Source of the DNA: the human T2T-CHM13v2.0 reference genome, Homo sapiens
DNA length: 64,000 nt
Reading direction: 5' to 3' (one strand)
Assembly: GCF_009914755.1 (NCBI RefSeq)
Contig: NC_060930.1
The translations under genes were made by a program, and so were the position numbers. Of the stretch, positions 42,400 through 53,793 are shown piece after piece; position 1 is the first letter of the stretch, and each line of letters opens with the position of its first letter. Under the pieces are notes generated by a model. The model was not told where the DNA came from. It was given only the letters and a program-made list of their open reading frames with translations, and made no database searches.

Positions 42400-44863
42400 A
42401 TTTTTTAAAAAAACTCTATTCGGCCAGTCTGTATATTTTGAGTGAAGAATTTAATTCATTTACATTCAAAGTTATTATTGATATGTGAGGTTTTGTTCCT
42501 GTCGTCAAATTGTTAACTATTTTCTGATTGTTTCCTATCTTCTTTGATCCTTTCTTTTTCTCTTACATTTGTCATCATGGTTTGGTGGTTTCCTGTAGTG
42601 ATGATTTGAATCCTTTCTCTTCCTCATTTGTGTACTTGCCTTACTAGCGTATTTTGTAATTTTGTGTGTTTTCATGATGGTAAATATCATCCTTTTGCTT
42701 CCTGGTTTAGTACTCCTTTGAGAATTTCTTGTAGGGCTGGTTCAGTGGTAATAAATTTTCTCAGCTTCTGTTTGTATGGGAAATACTTTATTTCTCCTTC
42801 ATTTATGAAGGATAATGATGCCGGATATAGTATCTTTGACTGGCAGTTTTCTTCTTTCATCACTTTAAATGTATCATCCCATTCTCTCCTAGCCTGTAAG
42901 GTTTCTGCTGAGAAATCCATTTTTCATTTAATGAAGATTCCTTTATAGGTGACTACACACTTTTCTCTTGCTGTTTTTAGAATTCTTTCTTTGCCATTGA
43001 CTTTAGATATCTTGATTAAAATGTGCTGTGAATAAGAGCTTTTTTATTGTATCTATTTGGGGATTGCTAGGCTCCTTGTATATGGCTGTCCTAATCTCTT
43101 GCTGGACTTGGAAGCTTTCATGTACTATTTTGTCAAATAAGTTTTCTAAACCATTTATTCTCTCTTCACCCTCTAGTACCCTGATAATTTGAATATTTGG
43201 TCACTTTATGGTGTTCTGTATGTCAGGAAGGCTTCACTCATTCTTTTAATTTTTTTTTCCTTTTTTTCTTACTGGGTTATTTAAAATGATGTGATTCAAG
43301 TTCTCAGATTCTTTCTTCTTCTTGATTTAGTCTATTGTTGAAGCTTGTATTTCATTCAATAAATTATTCAGTTCCAGAATTTCTGGGGTCTTTTTAATGA
43401 TATCTGTCTCTTTGGTAAATTTCTCATTCATATTCTGAATTGTTTTTTTAAATTTCTTTTTCAGAATTTTCCTGTATCTCACTGAGCTTCTTTTGAATCA
43501 ATAATCTGAATTCTTTTTTCAGGATCTTATGACTTTCTTTTTTACTGTGATCTGTTGCTGGAGAATTATTGTGTTCCTTTGGAGGCATCATATTTCCTTG
43601 CTTTTTCATGTTTCCTGTGTCCTTATATTGATATTTGTGCATCTAGTGTAATAGTCATTTCTTCTACTTTTCTACTTTGTGAATTTGTTTATATATGGGA
43701 AGATGTTTTCCTGAAGATGATTAATCTATAGTGCTGGTGGGGTAGGGCACTTTGGCTGTAATTCTTGCTGTGTGCAGTAGTGTAATCTCTGTATCATTTC
43801 TTTGGCTGTAAACAGCACCAGTGGTATCTGATTTTTTTCAGTGTCTCAGGGTGCAGTTATTAGTGGAGGCTGTGTTGAAGTTTTGCTGGGGACTGGAATG
43901 CCATGTAGGCCAGTCTTTTGGTTCCAGTGGTGGTAGTGGCAGGATGAGCATGCCTGTTTTGGGGCCCTAGGGTGATGTACACTGGTACTGGTATTAGCAG
44001 GTCCAGGCAGGCTAATTCTTGGGCCTTCAGGTGGCATACTCAGATGCCAGCAGTGGCGGCAGTGGGCTGGGCAGGTGGGTGGGTTCTCAGGTCCCTGGGC
44101 AGCTGGTGTGACATGGGCACTGGCAGGGGCAAGATGACCCTCTGTGTCCTGAAAGTTGTGTGTGCTTGTGTAGGCAGTGGCTACAGTGGGCTAGATGGTT
44201 CAGTCTCCAAGCCAGCAGGTGGCACATGCAAGTAGGTGCCAGCTGAGGATGTGGTGACCCAGTGGATAGTCCTAACTTCAGGGCCCTGTGGGGGAGTGTT
44301 AAGGTACCAATAATGGTGGAGTAGGTTGGGAAAATCCCTGGCATCCAAACTGTGTGCTTTGGCTTGGGGTGGCAGTGGAGGGTTGGGGACTTGCACAGCT
44401 AGGCCAGGTGGTCTTATCTTCAGGCCTTCCGATGAAGTGTGTGGGTGCCAGCCATAATAGGGAAAAGTGGGGTAATCCCCAGCCCATCTGAATAATGCTC
44501 AACTCGAGGGTGGCAGTGGCTGCAATCCTGCCCTGTTATTAGGGAGGGCAGGCTGATGGGTGGGGAACATACACACCACTTGTGACTCAGCTCTGGTAGT
44601 GTTCATGCTTCAGTCCCTGCTTTAGTAACCCTGCCTCAGTCATGCCTTAGCCGCAGCTGCAGTGGCCTATGGTCGCTCATGGAACCCTGGAGGCATCAGT
44701 CTGTGCTTTTCTCTTTTTTTTTCTCCTTGATTTCTTTTAATTCCTGGAAACACTGAATTGTTGGATGTTAGGAATACTATAAGGCTGAAGAATATGGTTT
44801 AATATTTCACAGTTGTAAACGCGTGTGTGTGTGTGTGCACGTGTGTGCATGCATACACATGTG

Positions 44864-45019
44864 TGGGATCAGCAATATAATTTGCAGGGCCCAGTGCAAA
44901 ATGAAAGTACAAGTCTCCGTGTTCAAAAATTATTTAGAATTTCAAAATGGCAACAGCAGAGACTAAGTTCTGAGCGCAAAGCCATGTGCATAGGTTGCAT
45001 GTCTGTGAAGCTGGCCTTG
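44864..45019 (-). mobile_element. MER45A-like hAT-Tip100 DNA transposon remnant
   Basis: ATAATTTGCAGGGCCCAGTGCAAAATGAAA...TTCAAAAATTATT...TGAAGCTGGCCTTG matches the reverse of the MER45A consensus as recalled. Confidence 0.75.
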
Positions 45020-45027
45020 TTTGTATG

Positions 45028-46227
45028 TTTTTTTTTAATTCAACAGTTTTGGGGGAACAGGTGGTTTTTGGTTACATGGATAAGTTCTTTAGTCATGATT
45101 TCTGAGATTTTGGTGCATCTGTCACCTGAGCCATGTACACTGTACCCAATATATAGTCTTTTATCCCTTATCCCCCTCACCGTTCTTCCCCCTGAATCCC
45201 CAAAGTCGATTATATCATTCTTATGCCTTTGCGTCCTTATAGTTTAGCTCCCATTTATGATATTTTCTGCCTGGACCTGCTAATACCAGTACCAGTGTAC
45301 ACCACTCTAGGGCCCCAAGACAGAGATGCTCAGCCTGCCATTGACACCAGTGGGACCAAAAGACTGGCCTGCATGGCATTCCAGTCCCCAGCAAAACTTC
45401 ACCACGGCCTCCACTAATATATGATATTTGGTTTTCCATTCCTGAGTTACTTCACCTAGAATAATGGCCTCCAACTCCATCCAAGTTGCTGCAAAGGCCA
45501 TTGTTTTCTTCCATTTTATGTCTGAGTAGTATTCCATGGTGTATATGGAATTTTCTTTATCCACTCGGTTGATGGGCATTTAGGTTGGTTCCATATATTT
45601 GCAATTACGAATTGTGCTCCTATAAACATGTATGTGCATGTGTCTTTTTTACATAATGACTTCTTTTCCTTTGGGCAGATACCCAGTAGTGGAATTGCTG
45701 GATCAGATGATAGTTCTACTTTTAATTCTTTAAGGAATCTCCGTACTGTTTTCTATAGTGGTTTTACTAGTTTACATTCCCACTAGTAGTGTAAAAGTGT
45801 TCCCTTTTCAACATATCCATGCCAACATCTACTATTTTTTTATTTTTAACTATGGCCATTCTTGCAAGAGTAAGGTGGTATCTCATTGTGATTTTAATTT
45901 GCATTTCTCTGATAATTAGTGACGGTGAGCATTTTTTCATATGTTTGTAGGTTGTTTGTATATCTTTTTTTGTGGATTATCTATTCATGTCCTTTGCCCA
46001 GTTTTTGATGGGATTGTTTTTTTTTTTCTTGCTGATCTGGTTGAGTTCCTTGTAGATTCTGGATATTATTTCTTTGTCAGATGCATAGTTTGCAAATATT
46101 TTCTCCCACTCTATGGTTTGTCTGTTTACTCTGCTAATTATCTTTTCTGCTGCACAGAAGCCTTTTAGTTTAATTACATCCCATTTATCTATTTTGCTTT
46201 TGTTGCATTTGCTTTTGGGTTCTTAGT
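45028..46227 (-). mobile_element. 5'-truncated L1PB1/2-like element with a 152-bp foreign insert at 45267-45418
   Basis: 3'UTR GGGGAACAGGTGGTTTTTGGTTACATGGATAAGTTCTTTAGT; ORF2 C-terminal remnant to GGGTTCTTAGT. Confidence 0.85.
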
Positions 46228-48513
46228 TGTTCTTCTTTTTTTCCTCAGCCTTTGTGCTGCTGGACTCCAGGACAGTGTGCAGTCTGTTATGGGTAGGCCT
46301 CTAAAATGGCTTCTTGCTGTAGCTGCTTAGGTTTCAGGGAATGTGTGGGACCTAGCATGGGCTCCCTCCCTCTAACTGTGCCATCACACAATATCCTGGC
46401 AGCTCCATATGTTAATTTCAGGGCTCAAAGATGGTTGAGGGGCTCTCTCATAGCTAGGATTGTGGAAGTCCACAGTAGAAATGTGGACTGTTGAGGGGCT
46501 CTCACTTACCCTTTTGGTAGTTCTGTTTTTAATTTTTAAGGAACCTCCCTACCGTTTTCCATAATGGAAAATGGTACCAATTTATATTTCTACTAACAGT
46601 GTACAACGGTTCACATTATTCTACATCTTTTCCAACACTTGCTATCTCGTGTTTTTAAATAATAGCCATCCTAACAAGTGTGAGGTGATAACTCATTGTG
46701 GTTTTGATTTGCATTTTTGTGATGATTAGTGGTGTTGAGCACCTTTTCATATACCTATTGGGCATTTATATGTGCTCTTTTGAGAAATTTCTATTCAGGT
46801 ATATTGCTTATATTTAAATTGGGTTATATGTTTTTTTGCTATTGAGTTGTATATGTTCTTTACGTATTTTGGATATTAACCCCTTGTCAGATGTATCGTT
46901 TGTGAATGTTTCCTCCCATTCTCTAAGTTGTCTTTTCATTTTATTGGTTGTTTTCTTTGTTATGTGGAAGATTTTTAGTTGATATAGTCCCCTTGTTGGT
47001 GTCTGTTTTCATTGTCTGTGCTTTGGGGATCATATACAAAAAAATTATTGCCAGGAGCAATGTCAAGGAACTTTTTCTCTATGTTTCCTTCTAGAAGTTT
47101 TACAGTTTCAGGTCTTACATTTATTCAAATTTTCAATTCATTTTGAGGTAATTTTTGTGTATAGTGTAAGATAAGGATCCAAATTCATTTATTTGCCTGA
47201 AGATATCCAATTTTCCTAGCACCATTTATTGAAGACCCTATCATTTCCCTGTTGTGTATTCTTGGTTTCTGTTTCAAAGATTATCAACCACATATGTGTG
47301 AGTTTATTTTTGGGCTATCTCTTCTGTTCCATTGGCCTATGTGAATGTTTTTATGCCAGTACCATACTGTTTTGATTACTATAGCTTTGTAGTGAACTTT
47401 GAAACCAGGTAGTGTGATGCCTCCAGCTTTTTTTTTTTTTTTTTTAATTGAAGATTGCTTTGGCCATTTGGGGTCTTTTGTGGTCCCATACAAATTGTAG
47501 TGGCTTTTTTCTATTCTGTGAGGAGTGACATTGGAATTTTGATAAGAATTGCATTGAAACCTGTAGATAACTTTGGATAGTATGAACATTTTAACAATAT
47601 TAACTTTTTCAATCCATGAACATGGGATGTCTTTTCATTTATTTCTATCTTCTTCAATTTCTTTTATCAATGTCTCATTGTTTAGTATACATATCTTTCA
47701 CCTCCTTGGTTAAATTTATTCCTAAGTATTTTATTCTTTTTGATGATAAATGAGATTTTTTTCTTAATGTCTCTTTTTCAGGTAGTTTGTTGTTAGTGTA
47801 CAGAAACACAACTAATTTTACGTATTTGTTTAGTATCCTACAACTTTACTAAATTAGTTTATTAATTCTAACAATTTTGATAGAATCTTTAGGATTTTTA
47901 CATATGAGATCATGTCATCTGAAAACAGAGATAATTTGACTTCTTTCATTCCAATTTGGATCCTTTTATTCCTTTAGCTACTCTAATTGTTCTGGCTATG
48001 ACTTGAATGTTGCAGTTAATAGATGTGGCAAGGATGGACATCCTTGTCTTTTTCCTGATCTTAGAGAAATGCTTTCAGCTTTTCACTAGCAAGTATGATG
48101 TTCATTGTGGGTTTGTCCTATATTGCCTTTATTATGTTGAGGTACTTTTCTTTTGTGCTTAAGTGGTTGACAAGTGTCTTTTTTTAATTATAAAAAGATA
48201 TTGTATTTTGTCAAATGCTTTCTCTGCATCTATTGAGATAATAATGTGATTTTAATCTTTCATTATATTAATGTGATGTATCATGTTTATTGATTTGTAT
48301 ATGTTGAACCACTTTTTCATCTCAAGGATAAGTCCCACTTAATCACGTTGAATGGTTCTTTATTGTGCTGTTGAATTGGGTTCGCTAGGATTTGGTTGAA
48401 GTTTTTTGCATCCATACACATCAGAGATATTGGCCTGATTTCATGTTCTTGTCTAACTTTGGTATGAGGGTAATGCTGGCCTCATAAAATGAGTTTAGAA
48501 GCACTCCCTCCTC

Positions 48514-49990
48514 AAGACTAAGCAAAGAGAAGAAATCTGGAGGCATCACATTACCTGACATCAAACTATACTATAAGGCCATTGTCACCAAAACAGCATT
48601 GTAGTGGTATAAAAATATGCAAATAGACCAAAATGAAACAATAGAGAACCCAGATATAAAGCCAAATACATACAGCCAACTGATGTTGACAAAGCAAATC
48701 AAAACATAAGGTAGGGAAAGAATGCCCTATTCAACAAATGGTGCTGGGATAATTGGAAAGCCAGGATCCAGTAGAAGAATGAAACTGAATCCTCATCTCT
48801 CACCTCATACAAAAATCAACTGAGTATGGATTAATGACTTAAATATAAGACCTGAAACCATACAATTTCTAGAAGATAACATCAGAAAAACCCTTCTAGA
48901 CACTGGCTTAGGCAAAGACTTCATGTCCAAGAACCCAAAAGCAAATGCAGCAAAAACAAAAATAAATAGATGGGACTTAATTAAACTAAAAAGTTTCTGC
49001 ACAGCAAAAAAAAAATCATCAGTAGAGTAAACAGACCACCCACAAAGTGAGAGAAAATCTTCACAATCTATACATCTGCCAAAGGACTAATATCCAGAAT
49101 CTACAAGGAACTTAAACAAATCAGCAAGAATAAAACAAACAAACCCATCAAAAAGTGGTCTAAGGACATGAATAGACAGTTTACAAAAGAAGATATACAA
49201 ATGGCCAACAGGCATATGAAAAAATGCTCAACATTGCTAATGATCAGGGAAATGCAAATCAAACTACAATGTGATACCATCTTCTGCAAGAATGGCCATA
49301 ATCAAAAAATAAAAAAAATAGATGTTGATGTGGATATTGTGAAAAGGGAACACCTTTACACTGCTGGTGGGAATGTAAACTAGTACAGCCACTATAGAAA
49401 ACAGTGTAGAGATTCCTTAAATAACTAAAAATAGAACTACCATTTTATTCAGCAATCCCACTACCGGGTATCTACCCAGAGGAAAATAAGTCATTATACA
49501 AAAAAGATAATTGCACGCACATGTTTATAGCTGCACAATTCATAATTGCAAAAATATGGAACCAGTGAAAATGCCCATCAATCATTGAGTGGATAAAGTA
49601 ATTGTGGCATATATATATACCATGGAATACTATTCAGCCATAAAAAGGAATAAAATAATGGCATTTACAGCAACTTGGGTGGAATTGGAGACTGTTATTC
49701 TAAGTGAAGTAACTCAGGAATGGAAAACCAAACATCGTATGTTCTTACTCTTAATTGGGAGCTAAGCTATGAGGATGCAAAGGCATAAGGATAATACAAT
49801 GAACTTTGGGGACTTGGGAAGAAAGAATGGGAGGTGGGTTAGGGATGAAAGACTACAAATTGGGTACAGTGTATACTCTTTGGGTGATGGGTGCACCAAA
49901 ACCTCACAAATCACTGCTAAAGAACTTACTCATGTAATCAAACAACAACTGTTCCCCAAAAACCTATGGAAATAAAAATTTTAAAAAAGA
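48514..49990 (+). mobile_element. 5'-truncated L1PB1/2-like element
   Basis: ORF2 3' part, 3'UTR and A-tail; TSD AGAAGCACTCCCTCCTC (48497-48513) / AAAAGTGTTCCCTCCTC (49991-50007). Confidence 0.88.
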
Positions 49991-50365
49991 AAAAGTGTTC
50001 CCTCCTCTTCAATTTTTTGAGAGCTTGAGAAGGATAAGCATTCGTTCTTCTCAACATGTTCAGAAGAATTCAACCATGAAGCTACCTTGCCTTGGGCTTT
50101 TCTTTGTTGGGAGGTTTTGATTACTGCTTCAATCTCCTTACTCATTATTGTTTTGTTCAGATTTTCTGTTTATTCATGATTCAGTCTTGGTAGGTTGTGT
50201 ATTTCTAGAAATGTATCCATTTCTTCTAGGTTATCCAATGTGCTGGTCTATAATTATTCATTGTAGTCTCTTACGATGCTTGGTATTTCTGTGGCATTAA
50301 TTGTAAGGTATCCTCCTCCATTTATAATTTTATTTATTTGAACTCTTTTTCTGTTGGTTAATTGA

Positions 50366-50873
<508 letters not shown>

Positions 50874-51689
50874 TAATGTACACATTTATTACTATGAATT
50901 TTCCTTTAGAACTGCTTTTGCTGCATTCCATAAGTTTTGATATTACAATTATCTTTCGAGAAGACTCAGCTTTGAGAAGACTCCCTCTGTGATCAATACA
51001 TTTTCCTCCAATTTCTTAAGAGTGTGGTCTCTTATATAAAATCTTTTTACAACTCACTTCAATCAGTTAAATATTATTTAAAATTAATTTTATTTTAAAA
51101 CTGCATGGCAGACAATTTCAAATTATGTTTAAGTTTTTCCATCAACTCTGGCCTACACCAACTGTATAGGCTTTGCTCACATATGCCAATGTTAATGTTG
51201 TTTTCACCTCCATTTCATCTGTTTTCTCCCTCCCACTTTTAACAGCTAATGTGTGGATAACATTATCATATCAACTCTTTAGGAGTCCATGGTGAAATCA
51301 CTTTAAATCTACTTGGTTTTCTGTTTAAATATTAACTTAAACATATGAAGTGACGACAGCAATGTCATGAAATTGATTTGGATTACTATTAAGAAAGTAA
51401 TTGGATTGATTTTTAAAAACTTGACTTGCTATTCATCAAGTGTTTCTGTATAAAAAGTCAGATAAAAATGGAACCAACCTGAAAAATGGCACAGGATTTT
51501 GTTCAGCCTTATAACTATGACCAAAGCCACCCTGTAAATGCTTGCCTTATCATTTCTTTCCATCTTTCTCCATCCATTAGCCTCTTACTTAATATTGAAG
51601 ACTCAACTCTAACCCTAATTCCTTTGTAAAGTCTTCCCTCACTACCTCAACTGCTAGTGCTCTGGTACCTCCTCTGATCTTCTAGTTTA

Positions 51690-52385
51690 ATTATTCTTTG
51701 AAAAATAGTTATTGATCACATATTTATTGAAAGTTGTATTTGTTATAAAGCAGTGAAAAAACAAACCAACAGTTCTTTAAGCATATAGTAAACCGAGTTA
51801 AGTTACATGAGGAAAAAGTAGAAGATACTGTGGGAAAGGATAATGGGAGACCATTCTAGAGGGGGGATCCGTGGAAGGTCTCCTTGAGACAATGATTTTT
51901 AGTTCATGTCCTGATTGTTGGAGAGGATGAATTAGGAGGGGAAGAAGGGAGTAGGTTCTAGTTATAGGGAACAGTGTGGCTCTGAGTGTCCTGAAACTTG
52001 TAAGAATTTAAAGCATTTCAGGAACAGAGAAAAGCCCAATGTATTTGGAGTTAGGCAAGTGAGGGAGAGAGCATAGAGAGATGAGGTTAAGGGGAAGAGT
52101 GGGGATGGATTATGCAGGGCTAAATAGAATGTATTAAAAATGGTGAACTTTTCTTGACATCAATGGGAGGCCTTTAACATCAAGCAGGGCTGTGACAGAG
52201 TATATTTGGATTTTATGAAAGACCTCTTTGACTCTTGTGAGAAGGATAGACTGCAGGAGGCAAGGGAAGATGAAAGAAAGCCAGTTAGGAAGTTTCTGCA
52301 CCTATTAAAGGTAAGAGATGATGGTGGCTGGTACTAGCGAGGTAGTAATGGAGATAAAGACGTGAACATATTTGAGATGTAACTG
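51690..52385 (-). mobile_element. L2 fragment
   Basis: Purine-rich antisense L2 signature (GGAAGGTCTCCTTGAG...GCCAGTTAGGAAG...GGTAAGAGATGATGGTGGC). Confidence 0.65.
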
Positions 52386-53724
52386 ATTATCTGTATCATT
52401 CATTTGGCACTTACGGCATATTGCTCTGAAATTTAAAAAATTATGTGTCTTTTCCTCACTTCTACCTCTCCTTCCTGAAGATAGGGACTATACCTTTTAT
52501 TTCTCATGGTGACTTGAACAGAGTGGACACTATATGAAGACTGGTGAGTTGATTTAAAAATGTAATAGAGGAGCAGACTTTATATTTCTGTTATTACCAC
52601 CGCCTGGCTTCTTTTAAACCGAAGCTTGATTTCTTTTAGGATCCTATAGTCTTCACTTTCTCGTGGCCCCATCCCCATCCTTGCTTGTACTTCCTTATCC
52701 TGGCAGCACTTAAAAATATGACTTTGAAGCGAAATCAAGTTAAACATGGTAGCAGATAAAGATATTAATAAATTTTTGTTAGTCTCTCCTTCTGTATGTT
52801 GTAAAAATATATTTATTGAAACTCTCTGTGCATAAAAAATGCCTTCTTTTTAAGGAATTCTAGAAAACCCTAAAGAGACTACCACATCAGAAGTAGAGCA
52901 CAGACCATTATTCACTTGTTTCATTTTCTCTGTGGCAGGTGAAGGTGTGAATTATGCCACAGAAGTTATTCCAGCAAGAGCACCTGCTGGGACAGGGCTT
53001 CTAGAATGAGCAACATTTGTTTGGTGTAATCTTAGAAGCACCAAAATATACTCCTCTCCTAGGTTTCTCTTGTTCAGCTTGCCAGGCTGTGTGGCCTCTG
53101 GAGTCCTCCAGTCAGCCCTCCTTTGGGTTAGTGCCTGAGCATGTTATTAGACACAAGCACTCCCCAATATCCCAAGGTTTTCTGCAGTCAGTGTGGCCTT
53201 GTAAAACTCCCTGTGTCTCTATGCTGTGATAGATGAAGTCTACGGTACTTTTAAATGCAAACTTTTTAGGATTGTATTTTATTAGTATCTTACCATGTAT
53301 TAATCTAGTGAAGTGACTTCAGATATCCAAGGAGATTTCTTAAGGAAAGCTCTAGTGCATGGAGCATTGCCTGGAGCACTGCATGGAGCACAGCTGCCTC
53401 CCCCCTCACCACTGTCCATCAGAGCCATAGGCCTCACAGGATTTTTAGGGAACAAACTCCTGCTTTGCCTGACAAGTCAGATGATGTTCAGCATCAAGAA
53501 GATTTTTAGTCATGACCACAGAAATATTCAGGTATAATAAAGCCCCTAAAAGGGACAGGAATTTCTAAATATAGGCATATGCTGGAAAAAAGGTGGAATA
53601 GTTCTTATTCCAAGGCCCCAACCTGAAATAAACGAACAAATAAAAGTTAGGGAAGGACAACTGGACTCTGTTATTCTTGCAGCAGGAAGAACTCTGGGTA
53701 GTCATGGTTTTTATGATTCTTCTC

Positions 53725-53793
53725 TTGATCCCTGGCACCTAGCACAGTGTGGCATACCATAAGCACACTGTCAGTGTTTATTGAATGAATGGA
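53725..53793 (+). mobile_element. L2 3' terminal fragment
   Basis: CCTGGCACCTAGCACAGTGTGGCATA...TTTATTGAATGAATGGA. Confidence 0.65.

Larger units (their letters stand above)
38440..46514 (-). mobile_element. Old near-full-length L1 (L1M2/L1MA-type) lacking its 3'UTR, carrying several nested insertions
   Basis: ORF2 remnants (38772-38993, 40105-40479, 41752-41970), ORF1 remnants (42687-42920, 43448-43642), and GC-rich 5'UTR about 43700-44713 resuming at about 46228-46514. Confidence 0.8.

Noticed and set aside
45028-49990. The two opposite L1PB pieces as one twin-primed insertion
   Set aside because: Both contain the same 3' end with their own tails and separate flanks.
52939-53030. Good plus-strand acceptor followed by a zinc-finger-like CELCHRSYSSKST in one frame
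   Set aside because: The His ligands are missing, that frame is preceded by a stop, and no donor was found.
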